64,000 nucleotides of DNA from NCBI GenBank assembly GCA_034422655.1, contig DAOUJN010000005.1, forward strand, positions 1,781-65,780, in the 5' to 3' direction. Every line of letters starts with the position of its first letter. Position 1 is the first letter of the stretch. The translations under genes and the position numbers were made by a program. Origin of the DNA: Dehalococcoidia bacterium. GTDB lineage: Bacteria > Chloroflexota > Dehalococcoidia > Lucifugimonadales > UBA3495. Under the pieces are notes generated by a model, which saw nothing but the letters and a program-made list of their open reading frames with translations, made no database searches and was not told where the DNA came from. Below, in pieces: positions 50,931 to 60,232 of this stretch.

Positions 50931-51704
50931 ATGAACTGTCCCGTATGCCAGCACCCCTATAGCCCGGGCGACAGGTTCTGCGGCAACTGCGGCTACAACC
51001 TGGCCCAGGCGACTGCGGAGCCCGTTCCGCCTGAAAGCCCGGCCCCCACCGCGCCCTCCGATTTCCCCGAATCGCCAACTTTCCCGGTCGAGCCGCCCGC
51101 CGATTCCGCCGTCCAACCGCCACGGAACATCGTCTGTCCCCGCTGCCACCGGTCCAACGACGCGGACGCGGCCTTCTGCTTCACATGCGGCTTTCCCCTG
51201 CTGGCGGGCCGGGAAGCACGGCGCCGGGAAGCACGGCTGGCCGCCTTTGAATTAGGCAGCCCCGGCGGATTCGGGTTCCGTACCCTGGCCTACATCATCG
51301 ACTCCCTGGTTATTGTCCTGCCCCTGGTCTTCCTGTGGATTATTCTGGGGCAGCCCGTACCCGACAGTTTTGATCAGATTGTGGACCCGCCGGAGGGGTA
51401 TGACCGCCTGCAGGTCCTGGTCCTCTTCCTGACCATGGCCTACGACACGGCGCTGATCACCTATTTCGCCACCACCGTGGGCAAGCGGGCCTTCGGCCTC
51501 TACGTGGTGCGGACCGACGGCTCCCGGGTTGGCTTCGTCCGCGCTTTGGCCCGCCACGTTCTCACCGCCCTTTCCGCCAACCTGACCCTGGGCTTCATCT
51601 TCCTGGTAGTCCTGTTCCGCGAAGACCGCCGCGGCGTCCACGACCTCCTCTGCGACACAGTCGTCATCCGCCGGTACCGGCAGACTCAGCGTAATTCGGA
51701 ATAG
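50931..51704 (+). CDS. double zinc-ribbon + RDD-domain membrane protein
   Basis: MNCPVCQHPYSPGDRFCGNCGYNL and CPRCHRSNDADAAFCFTCGFPL, followed by the RDD region (FRTLAYIIDSLV...KRAFGLYVVRTDG...GVHDLLCDTVV). Confidence 0.8.
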   Translation: MNCPVCQHPYSPGDRFCGNCGYNLAQATAEPVPPESPAPTAPSDFPESPTFPVEPPADSAVQPPRNIVCPRCHRSNDADAAFCFTCGFPLLAGREARRREARLAAFELGSPGGFGFRTLAYIIDSLVIVLPLVFLWIILGQPVPDSFDQIVDPPEGYDRLQVLVLFLTMAYDTALITYFATTVGKRAFGLYVVRTDGSRVGFVRALARHVLTALSANLTLGFIFLVVLFREDRRGVHDLLCDTVVIRRYRQTQRNSE

Positions 51705-51727
51705 TCTTATCCGAGCTCATTAGTCTA

Positions 51728-52513
51728 ATGAATTGCCACCAATGTGGAAGGCCTACAGATGTAAGCGATAACTATTGCCCGGACTGCGGCGTTTTGCTTC
51801 AGCGTCAGTGCCCGTCCTGTCATGCGACCTTCGCCCCGGGCAATCGTTTCTGCCGACATTGTGGTCATAACCTCTCGCAGGACTACCAGGACCCCGGCTA
51901 CCGGACGTCTTCCCAGGTTGGGCAGCTGCCGCCTCCGGTCCTGGTCTGTCCGCGCTACTTCCAGGGCAATCAACCCGACGCAGATTACTGCTACAATTGC
52001 GGGTTACCCCTGGACCAAAGCACCCTCCGCCGTCCGGTTAATCACACATTGCGAGCATTTTCCCAGGGCAGCCCCGGGGGATTCTGGCTGCGCGTCCTGG
52101 CCTATCTCGTTGACAGCCTCGTAGTCCTCGTAGCTTTTCTCGTTCTCTGGTCCGTGGTATTTGGCCAGTCCGCTTCTGACTATTTCGACTTTTGGACCTC
52201 GTCTGCCGGGAGTGCTGAGTACGAATTGCAGGACTTTGGTGGCGATGTCCTGAACACACTTGTCGCAATATTTTACGACGCTATCCTGATTACCCTCTGG
52301 GCAACCACTCTTGGAAAAAGGACCTTTGGCCTGTACGTCTTACGTAGCGACGGTTCCAGAATAGGCTTTGGGCGCGCCCTGGCCCGCAACTTGGCCGCAA
52401 TTCTTTCTCTCCTGCTCCTCGGCATTGGTTTCTTGATGATTGCCTTCCGGCAGGACAAACGGGGCCTGCACGACCTGATCTGCGATACCGTGGTCATCCG
52501 CCGCTACCGCTGA
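51728..52513 (+). CDS. triple zinc-ribbon + RDD-domain membrane protein (paralogue of 50931-51704)
   Basis: MNCHQCGRPTDVSDNYCPDCG, CPSCHATFAPGNRFCRHCGHNL and a degenerate third ribbon CPRYFQG..YCYNCG, followed by the RDD region (LRVLAYLVDSLV...KRTFGLYVLRSDG...GLHDLICDTVV). Confidence 0.8.
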   Translation: MNCHQCGRPTDVSDNYCPDCGVLLQRQCPSCHATFAPGNRFCRHCGHNLSQDYQDPGYRTSSQVGQLPPPVLVCPRYFQGNQPDADYCYNCGLPLDQSTLRRPVNHTLRAFSQGSPGGFWLRVLAYLVDSLVVLVAFLVLWSVVFGQSASDYFDFWTSSAGSAEYELQDFGGDVLNTLVAIFYDAILITLWATTLGKRTFGLYVLRSDGSRIGFGRALARNLAAILSLLLLGIGFLMIAFRQDKRGLHDLICDTVVIRRYR

Positions 52514-52518
52514 CTGAT

Positions 52519-53400
52519 TTGACTGCAACTGCACTGATATTGGTGTCCTTTACGCCCGGACTGTTCTGGTTGTGGTTCTTTCTGCGGCTGGACGTGATTA
52601 GGCCGGCCTCTCGTAGGTGGATAGCCCTGACCTTCCTGTGGGGATGTGTTGCAACTATTCCCGCAGCCTTGCTCGAATTTCCCTTCATCTCACCTGAACT
52701 CCTGGAAAGCGATGCCACCGTTGTACCCGACTTCACGAGCGTGGCCGTGGCTATGCTGCTGGTGGTGGGGCCGGTGGAAGAACTCTGCAAATTCGGGGCG
52801 GTACGTTTCGGAGCCTATCGTTCGCTCTACTTCGATTCGCCAATCCACGGCCTGGTTTTTTCCATTGCGGCCAGCCTGGGCTTTGCTTCGCTGGAAAACT
52901 TGTTCTACGTGCTCCAGTACGGTCCGGAAGTTATGCTGCTAAGGGCGCCCTTGTCCACCTTGGGGCATCTCGTATTCGGCGCCATCTGGGGACAGGCCCT
53001 GGGGCGATACTACGCGTCCGGAGGGCAAACAAAGCTGGAATTGGCCGGTTCTCTCGCGGGGGCGGCACTAATTCATGGGTTGTTCAATGTTTTTGTCTTC
53101 ACTGTGGGGCCGGTGGCCCTGCTGCTTGACGCAGTGCTGGTTTTGATTGGCAGCCTCTGGGTTTATGGGACATTTCGCAGTTGGCAGCACACCTCTCCTT
53201 TCCGGCTTCGTCGAAACTATCCCAAGGTTAACTGCCAACGGTGCGGCAACCAGTTGATGATCGCCAGCCGATTCTGCAACTCGTGCGGGGCTCCGGTCCG
53301 CCTGGGCCGCCAGCCGCTGCTTTGCAGCAATTGCAGCAGGCTCAACGAACCCGACGCCCGTTTTTGCATAGGCTGTGGCGATCAGTTATTGCATGTTTGA
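52519..53400 (+). CDS. PrsW-family intramembrane protease with C-terminal double zinc ribbon
   Basis: ...PGLFWLWFF...VEELCKFGAV...SLGFASLENLFY...HLVFGAIWG are PrsW motifs. C-terminus CQRCGNQLMIASRFCNSCG and CSNCSRLNEPDARFCIGCG. TTG start. Confidence 0.75.
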   Translation: MTATALILVSFTPGLFWLWFFLRLDVIRPASRRWIALTFLWGCVATIPAALLEFPFISPELLESDATVVPDFTSVAVAMLLVVGPVEELCKFGAVRFGAYRSLYFDSPIHGLVFSIAASLGFASLENLFYVLQYGPEVMLLRAPLSTLGHLVFGAIWGQALGRYYASGGQTKLELAGSLAGAALIHGLFNVFVFTVGPVALLLDAVLVLIGSLWVYGTFRSWQHTSPFRLRRNYPKVNCQRCGNQLMIASRFCNSCGAPVRLGRQPLLCSNCSRLNEPDARFCIGCGDQLLHV

Positions 53401-53530
53401 AGGACCTGCAGCCAAAATATTCCAGCCGGGGAACCTTGGTTGTCGGTTGCTTTATTTCAATAGTCGTTAATCAAGAATCACGTTTATCCAGCCAACAATA
53501 TTCGGCCGAGCTTCCATTCAGGAGCGCCCC

Positions 53531-54175
53531 ATGCTAACCACTGTCCTCCTTGCCATCCACATCAGCGCCGGTTCCCTTGCCTTGCTTACCGCCGCCGTAG
53601 CCGTTTTGACTCCCAAAGGTGAGAAATGGCATATCCTGTCGGGAAGGGTTTATGCCATCGCTATGGCCCTGGTGTTCCTTACGGCGGTGCCCCTGGCGCT
53701 GCTGGGGGCCAGCATATTCCTGCTGCTCATTGCCTTCTTCAGTTTCTACCTGGTCTTTGCTGGCTGGCGATTTGCCCGCAACCGGCGGGGTGCTCCCCAC
53801 GCCATTGACTGGGCCGCCACCGCCATACTGTTGACGACGGGCCTGGGCATGGGAGTTTATGCCGGAATCCTGGCCGGCTCCGGCGATTTCCAGTGGGTTA
53901 CCTTGACGATTTTTGCCGGTATCGCCCTTGCCCTTGGCGTCGCCGATGGCCTCTACCATCGCCTGCACCGGGCCACCGGCGGTCGGCGCATTTCCCGCCA
54001 CCTGACCAACATGCTGGCCGGCACCATCGCCACCATCACCGCCGTGCTGGTGGTCAACGTGGAGACCAACCCCCCGTGGATTGCCTGGATTCTGCCAACG
54101 GTGATCATTACTCCCTTTATCACCTGGTGGAACTTTCGGGTTGCCCGCCAGTACCGCCCGAACCGGCCGGCCTGA
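53531..54175 (+). CDS. hypothetical polytopic membrane protein (DUF2306-like?)
   Basis: 214 aa with about 6 hydrophobic segments. The family call is tentative. Confidence 0.55.
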   Translation: MLTTVLLAIHISAGSLALLTAAVAVLTPKGEKWHILSGRVYAIAMALVFLTAVPLALLGASIFLLLIAFFSFYLVFAGWRFARNRRGAPHAIDWAATAILLTTGLGMGVYAGILAGSGDFQWVTLTIFAGIALALGVADGLYHRLHRATGGRRISRHLTNMLAGTIATITAVLVVNVETNPPWIAWILPTVIITPFITWWNFRVARQYRPNRPA

Positions 54176-54204
54176 ACGGTGGCCGTTGAGAGGAGTCGCC
54201 GCCA

Positions 54205-54756
54205 GTGCCTGAAGTGATTCTGTACATAGCATCCAGCCTGGACGGCTACATCGCCCGTCCCGATGGAAACGTGGACTGGCTGGATGAAGTCGCGGCCCCG
54301 GCAGATAGCCCCGAGGAAGATTTTGGCTATGCGGAGTTCATCGCCGGCATCGGCACGGTGCTGATGGGACGGGTTACTTACGAACAGATACTTACCTTTG
54401 GTGTGGAGTATCCCTACCCCGGCACTGCCGGCTACGTCTTTTCCCGTACCCGCGCCGGCGAGGGGGACGAGAACGTAGAGTTCGTGGACGGCGCCGACAT
54501 CCCCCGGTTTGTCGCCCAACTGAAAGCGGCTTCGGACAAGCACGTCTGGCTCATCGGCGGCGGGCTGCTGATACGGGAATTTCTCAGGCTCGACCTGATA
54601 GACCGGTTCATAGTAACGCTGATGCCGGTAATCCTGGGAGAGGGCATCCCCCTGTTTCCGCCAACCACTCCCCAGATTGGCCTGGAACTGGTGGAGAACC
54701 TCGCTTTCCCCGGCGGAATGGTACAGTTGACCTACCTGCGGCCGACCCGGCCCTGA
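54205..54756 (+). CDS. dihydrofolate-reductase-like (RibD C-terminal domain) protein
   Basis: (M)PEVILYIASSLDGYIARPDGNVDWL...VWLIGGGLLIREFL... GTG start. Confidence 0.8.
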   Translation: MPEVILYIASSLDGYIARPDGNVDWLDEVAAPADSPEEDFGYAEFIAGIGTVLMGRVTYEQILTFGVEYPYPGTAGYVFSRTRAGEGDENVEFVDGADIPRFVAQLKAASDKHVWLIGGGLLIREFLRLDLIDRFIVTLMPVILGEGIPLFPPTTPQIGLELVENLAFPGGMVQLTYLRPTRP

Positions 54757-54935
54757 ATTTGGACTGGCGCAGCCTCACAGTTCGGGACGGCGTTCCATTA
54801 GTTGCGGGTTCAATTTCCCCACAACCTTGCTTTTGGGTTTATAATTGGCGAATCCGGTTCAACAAGAGAGCGACGCGCCGCATGCTTCGGTCGCCGGCGG
54901 GCGTTGCTTAACAACTTTTCAGGTGGGATGAGAAT

Positions 54936-56093
54936 ATGATGGACTACGGAGCTGAAGCCATTAACCGCCACCGGGCCAGCCGGGGCAAGATAAGCATTGC
55001 CTCCAAGATGAAGGTGGAGACAATGGAGGAGCTTTCCATTGCCTACACCCCCGGCGTGGCGTCGGTGTGCCTGGCCATTGACCAGGACAAGTCGGAAAGC
55101 TACGCGCTGACCAACCGGGGCAACACCGTGGCCGTGGTCACCGACGGCTCCGCCGTGCTGGGCCTGGGCAATATCGGCCCCGAGGCGGCCCTTCCGGTGA
55201 TGGAGGGCAAGTCCATCCTCTTCAAGGGCCTGGCCGACGTGGACGCCTTCCCCATCTGCCTCGGCACCCAGGACAACGCTTCCATCATCCAGACCGTGCG
55301 CAACCTGGCCCCCTGCTTTGGCGGCATCAACCTGGAGGACATTGCCGCCCCCCGCTGCTTCGAGATAGAGGAGAGCCTGCAGGACCTGGGAATCCCCGTC
55401 TTCCACGACGACCAGCACGGCACTTCCATAGTGGTGCTGGCCTCCATCATTAATGCGCTGAACGTGGTCGGCAAGCCCATAGCCGACGCCAGGTTCGTTT
55501 TCTCCGGCGCCGGCGCCGGCGGGGTCGCTTCCACCAAGCTGCTGGTTGACTACGGCGCCCGGAACATTGTCCTGGTGGACAGCCAGGGCATCATCCACCG
55601 CAACCGCCCCGATCTGACGCCCATTAAGACGGAAATGCTGGAAATCACCAATCCCGATAACCTGGAAGGCGGCCTGGCCGACGCCATGCGCGGCGCCGAC
55701 GTCTTCATCGGCCTGTCCGTGGGGGATACCGTTACCCAGGACATGGTGCGCTCCATGGCTCCCGACCCCATAGTCCTGGCGGCGGCCAACCCCACGCCCG
55801 AAATCTGGCCAGACGCGGCCGCCGAGGCCGGGGCAAAGGTGGTGGGCACCGGCCGCAGCGACTTCCCCAACCAGATTAACAACAGCCTGGCTTTCCCAGG
55901 GGTCTTCCGCGGCGCCCTGGACGCCCGCGCCACCAGCATCACCACCCGCATGAAGCTGGCGGCCGCCGAGGCCCTGGCCGGCCTGGTGGCCGAACCCACC
56001 GCCGAAAACATCATCCCCTGGTCGCTGGACCCCGCCGTTGTCCCCGCCGTTTCCCACGCCGTAGCCCGCGCCTGGCAGTCGGAACAGGGGTAG
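54936..56093 (+). CDS. NAD(P)-dependent malic enzyme (short form, no PTA domain)
   Basis: ...LSIAYTPGVASVCLAI...VAVVTDGSAVLGLGNIGPEAALPVMEGKSILFK...FSGAGAGGVA...ANPTPEI. Confidence 0.9.
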   Translation: MMDYGAEAINRHRASRGKISIASKMKVETMEELSIAYTPGVASVCLAIDQDKSESYALTNRGNTVAVVTDGSAVLGLGNIGPEAALPVMEGKSILFKGLADVDAFPICLGTQDNASIIQTVRNLAPCFGGINLEDIAAPRCFEIEESLQDLGIPVFHDDQHGTSIVVLASIINALNVVGKPIADARFVFSGAGAGGVASTKLLVDYGARNIVLVDSQGIIHRNRPDLTPIKTEMLEITNPDNLEGGLADAMRGADVFIGLSVGDTVTQDMVRSMAPDPIVLAAANPTPEIWPDAAAEAGAKVVGTGRSDFPNQINNSLAFPGVFRGALDARATSITTRMKLAAAEALAGLVAEPTAENIIPWSLDPAVVPAVSHAVARAWQSEQG

Positions 56094-56120
56094 ACACGAA
56101 GCCATAAGGAGAAGTCAGCA

Positions 56121-56438
56121 ATGTCTCCTGAACTGATTGGGATAATAACGGTTGGCATAGGACTCTTCAGCGCTAACTTGGCGCTGGTAGGGCTTTTAAT
56201 TGTGCTTTTGAATCGGTCTGAGGCACGGACAAACCAACGAATAGACCGGCTTGAAGATAGAATGGACCGAGGCTTTGAGCAATTGCGTACTGAAATGAAG
56301 CGCGGGTTCGACGAGCAGGATGTGCGAATTCGCGGCCTGGAGCAGGGCCAGGCGTATATGTCCGGTCAGTTTGCAGAGTTGAAGGACTACTTCACGCATA
56401 GCCCCTCTGCCCGAAATAATCCGGAAGATGGAGATTAG
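56121..56438 (+). CDS. hypothetical N-terminally anchored coiled-coil protein
   Basis: N-terminal TM segment IGIITVGIGLFSANLALVGLLIVLL, then a charged helical region (RIDRLEDRMDRGFEQLRTEMKRGFDEQDVRIRGLEQ). Confidence 0.55.
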   Translation: MSPELIGIITVGIGLFSANLALVGLLIVLLNRSEARTNQRIDRLEDRMDRGFEQLRTEMKRGFDEQDVRIRGLEQGQAYMSGQFAELKDYFTHSPSARNNPEDGD

Positions 56439-56558
56439 CCGATAGGCCCCGAAGGCTCCTGCCTCACAATCAGCTAAAGCTGTGACGAATAGAAAACCCC
56501 ACTAATCCGGCCCTTGGAACCGCAATAATCCAGGGGCCGTCCTGCAAGGCCCGATGCC

Positions 56559-58127
56559 ATGCCCGACACCATTTCCGTAGATGACCTGGACATAATCCGG
56601 CCCAGGCTGCTGTCGCTGGTGACCGAACGGGCCAGGTCCCTCCCCAAGTTCCGCTACTGCGACCTGCGCGTCCAGGTCAAGGAGGAAAAGCAGGGCTCGG
56701 CGGAAAACGGTTTGGAAAAGGCCAGTTCCGAGGACGTTACCTTCGATTTCGGCGTGCGGGTTATCGCCCAGGAGCGGATGTCCGCCGCCGGTTTCTACGG
56801 CCGGGTGCTGGGCGCCGCGGACCTGGATCGTATCGAGTCGGTGGTCTGGGAGGGCATCGGCCAGGCCCATCAGCGCGCCCGCGCCAACGCCCGCAAAAAG
56901 TCCCAGACCTGGCGTCGCTTCCCCGGCGTGGCCCGCAGCCTGGACGACACCTTCCTGGCCCGGGTCCCGGTGGCTGAGGATACCATCCCCGCCACCTGCG
57001 AGGTCGACCCGCTGACCGTTCCCCTGGGGGACACTGTGCGCATGGCGGTGGATGGCTGTCGGGCCGCGGGAAGCCGGGCCAGGAACCTCCTGTTCACCGC
57101 GGCGTCCACTTCCACCTTCCTGTTGCGGGAACTCTTCATCAGCTCCGAGGGCGCCAACATAGACCAGGCTTTCGCCCAGACCGAGGGCTTCATCTTTGTC
57201 ATCTGCGGCGGCGAACACGGCGCCTACGAGCTTTACGACTCCACCGGCCACCAGCGGGGCTGGGAGGTGCTGACCAGGGGCTACCACAACGGCCCCATAG
57301 ACCTGCCCGACTTCACCACCTTCTGCCGCAACCTGGGCCGGGACGCCTCCGACGTGGCCGCCGCCCCGCCCCTGAAGCCGCCCGACCGGGAGGTGCCGGT
57401 GGTTACCGACCCCCACTTCAACACCCTGCTGGTCCACGAGGTGGTGGGCCATCCCGCCGAACTGGACCGGGCCCTCAAGTACGAAACTGCCTACGCCGGC
57501 CGCTCCTGGTTCCTCAATAACCTTCACGACAACCGGCTTGGCCAGCAGATTGCCTCGCCCCTGGTCAACGCCTACTCCGACCCCTTGATGGAAGGCTACG
57601 GCTCCTTCCGCTACGACCACGAGGGCACCCCGGGCCGCCGGGCCCACATCATCCGCGACGGAGTGCTGGAAGAGTTTCTGAACAACCGGCAGACGGCGGC
57701 CATCCTGGGCGTGGCCCCCAACGGCTCGGCCCGGGCCACCGAGGCCCACCTGGCGCCCCTGATCCGCATGACCAACACGGTGTTCGCCCCCGGGGAACGC
57801 GATGCCCGGGAAATCATTTCCGAAGTGGACTCGGGCTATTACGTGGTGGGCCACCGCACCCCTTCCATCGCCGAATCCCGGGAAAACTTCCGCATCACGG
57901 CGGTGAAGGTGTACGAGATTGAGCGGGGCCGGGTGGGACGCCTCTACCGCGACGGGGGCATTACCGCCGATACCCGCAGCTACTTCCAGTCCATTGACGC
58001 CGTGGGCAGCGATTTACGGGTCAATCCCATCCCCAACTGCGGCAAGGGCCAGCCCATGCAGGCCAAGCGCATGAGCAACGGCGGCCCCACCATGCGAGGC
58101 ATCGCCAGGCTGACCGGGCCGGGGTGA
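56559..58127 (+). CDS. TldD/PmbA-family metallopeptidase
   Basis: 522 aa. ...LLVHEVVGHPAELDR... (HExxGH) and a typical C-terminal ...NCGKGQP... region. Confidence 0.85.
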   Translation: MPDTISVDDLDIIRPRLLSLVTERARSLPKFRYCDLRVQVKEEKQGSAENGLEKASSEDVTFDFGVRVIAQERMSAAGFYGRVLGAADLDRIESVVWEGIGQAHQRARANARKKSQTWRRFPGVARSLDDTFLARVPVAEDTIPATCEVDPLTVPLGDTVRMAVDGCRAAGSRARNLLFTAASTSTFLLRELFISSEGANIDQAFAQTEGFIFVICGGEHGAYELYDSTGHQRGWEVLTRGYHNGPIDLPDFTTFCRNLGRDASDVAAAPPLKPPDREVPVVTDPHFNTLLVHEVVGHPAELDRALKYETAYAGRSWFLNNLHDNRLGQQIASPLVNAYSDPLMEGYGSFRYDHEGTPGRRAHIIRDGVLEEFLNNRQTAAILGVAPNGSARATEAHLAPLIRMTNTVFAPGERDAREIISEVDSGYYVVGHRTPSIAESRENFRITAVKVYEIERGRVGRLYRDGGITADTRSYFQSIDAVGSDLRVNPIPNCGKGQPMQAKRMSNGGPTMRGIARLTGPG

Positions 58128-58252
58128 CAAAGAGTTAGCGGTGGAGAAAAGGAACCTCTGAAAAAGTCCCTGCCCCCTTGATGGGGGTGACACATCCACC
58201 TCTGGTGGGAAGGTTAGAAAGGGGGTGGAGTGAACATTAAGCCCGCCCCCTA

Positions 58253-58561
58253 TCAGTTCACGGAAAAGGCGGGTCCGGGGCTTTTGGTCTGCTCGTTAAC
58301 CAGGAAGGAAGCGCTGTCCCGTCCGTAGATCGTATCCAATTCCACGTCAAAGCGCTGGCCGCCGAAGTGACCCAGCACCTCGTACTTGCGGTCGGTGCTC
58401 ACCGTACCCTCAAACTCCGAACCGGATACCGTGCGCCGGTCTTCGTCCTGCAGGTACATCTCCACCGCCGTGGTCATCAACTCCTTCATGTCCTCTTCGG
58501 AAAGGTAGACGGCCCCCCTCAGGAAGACGTAACCCCATCTTATTCCCAGGTGTTCCAGCAT
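58253..58561 (-). CDS. hypothetical protein
   Basis: 102-aa ORF with no recognisable family. Coding is plausible from composition only. Confidence 0.35.
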   Translation of the reverse strand: MLEHLGIRWGYVFLRGAVYLSEEDMKELMTTAVEMYLQDEDRRTVSGSEFEGTVSTDRKYEVLGHFGGQRFDVELDTIYGRDSASFLVNEQTKSPGPAFSVN

Positions 58562-58623
58562 CTATCAAGCGATCACAGTCAGACGTAACCGTTTAGATTC
58601 GTGGAGTCGCTTTCGGCCCAGAT

Positions 58624-58720
58624 CGTCATTCCGGCCTTGAGCCGGAATCCAGAAAGGCCAGACCCAATCCAACGTAAGGAGTGCAAAGACTCCTGGATAC
58701 CGGCTTTCGCCGGTATGACG
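58624..58720. repeat. composite inverted pair of family C units
   Basis: CGTCATTCCGGCCTTGAGCCGGAATCCAG ...40 bp... CTGGATACCGGCTTTCGCCGGTATGACG. Confidence 0.8.
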
Positions 58721-58860
58721 ATATCGTGGAGCAGCCTGTTGCCCCTGATGGTGAACAGTTGTAGTCAGACAGGCTCCCGTAAGCGATCCCGTGCTGCCGG
58801 AGCCGCTTAACCAGAGCCTGTCGGGTGTCCGTAACATTACCTCTGTTTCCGTCGGTTCCT

Positions 58861-60051
58861 CTAGTCGTCAGCCGGCACGGCGACGCTGGCCTGCGCCTTG
58901 AACTGGGGCATAACCTCTTTGCCGAACCATTCCAGCTGTTCCAGGATGACCTTCTGGGGCGTGCCTACCACCGACCCGACGTTAATCTGGGTCAGGCCCG
59001 GGTACATTTCCTGGATGGCGTTCAGCTTCTCCGCCACCAGTTCCGGCGGGCCGCACAGCCACGAACCGGCCCGGACGCCGTCCTCTATGGTGGGCAGCCC
59101 GGCAAAGCGCGCCCGGGAAGGGTCGCCCAGGGCCACTATCTGCTCGTCCGACAGGCCATGGAAGAAGCCCAGGGGCGCGAACATCTTCATGTTCTCTTCA
59201 AAGAACAGCCTGGCCTCATTCATGCCCTTTTCCTCGGTATCGGCCAGGTGGATGGAGAACCCGATAATCAGGTCGCCGCCCAGTTCCGTCTCCTTGCCGG
59301 CATTGGCCAGGGTTTCCCGCCATCGCCGCACCACCTCCATGGTGGCGCCCCCGGCCGCCGCGCCGCCGCCGATCATGCCCTTGATGCCGTGCTTGACCAT
59401 GAAGTCCATGGCCCGCTGGCTGGCGCTGACCACGGGCTGGTAGCATTCCACCGGCAGGTACTTGGGCCGGGGCACCAGGGTGATCTCCTTTAGGTCGTAA
59501 CCCCGGTAGGGCACGTCCGGCGGGATGTTGTAGTGTTTGCCGTGGTGGGAGAAGGAGCGTTCGTTGAAGGCCTTGAACATCACCTCCACCTGCTCCTCGA
59601 ACAACTCCCGGTTGGCGTCCTGGTCAATGATGGGGGCGTAGAAGGTTTCTACCTCCCGGGTGTGGTAGCCCCGGCCCACGCCGAACACCACCCGTCCGTC
59701 GGTCAGAATGTCCGCGGTGGCATAGTCCTCGGCCATGCGCAGGGGATTCCACATGGGGGCGATGTTGAAGCCGCACCCGATCTTCAGCTTCTTGGTCAGG
59801 TGGGCCAGGTGGACGGCGAACAGCATCAGGTTGGGGATGCACTCGTAGCCCTCCCGCTGGAAGTGGTGCTCTGCCATCCAGAAGGTCTCGTAGTCCAGCC
59901 GGTCCATCACCCCGGCGATGGCCTCGGCCTTGTCGAATACGGAAGCCAGGTGCTCGTCGGGCAGCCAGCGGTCGTTAAGCGCCGTGGCGTCCAGCCCGAT
60001 ATCTTCAAAGTCCACGTGCCCGGCAAACAGGCTGCCAAATTTGGTAATCAT
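58861..60051 (-). CDS. LLM-class (luciferase-like) flavin/F420-dependent oxidoreductase
   Basis: ...YETFWMAEHHFQREGYECIPNLMLFAVHLA...DGRVVFGVGRGYH... Confidence 0.85.
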   Translation of the reverse strand: MITKFGSLFAGHVDFEDIGLDATALNDRWLPDEHLASVFDKAEAIAGVMDRLDYETFWMAEHHFQREGYECIPNLMLFAVHLAHLTKKLKIGCGFNIAPMWNPLRMAEDYATADILTDGRVVFGVGRGYHTREVETFYAPIIDQDANRELFEEQVEVMFKAFNERSFSHHGKHYNIPPDVPYRGYDLKEITLVPRPKYLPVECYQPVVSASQRAMDFMVKHGIKGMIGGGAAAGGATMEVVRRWRETLANAGKETELGGDLIIGFSIHLADTEEKGMNEARLFFEENMKMFAPLGFFHGLSDEQIVALGDPSRARFAGLPTIEDGVRAGSWLCGPPELVAEKLNAIQEMYPGLTQINVGSVVGTPQKVILEQLEWFGKEVMPQFKAQASVAVPADD

Positions 60052-60232
60052 TCAGGCCCTCCGGGTATTCAGGATAGTGTTGCCTCGGTTGGCGCCATTA
60101 TAGCGGATTTGGCGGGGGATAGGTCAGGACGCGCCGCGACTATCCGGCAAGCATCGTTACCGCACCATGTTGTATAATCCTCCGGCTGCCGCCGTCCAAT
60201 CCACAAAATTCATTAAGGGAGTGCTGCAAATT

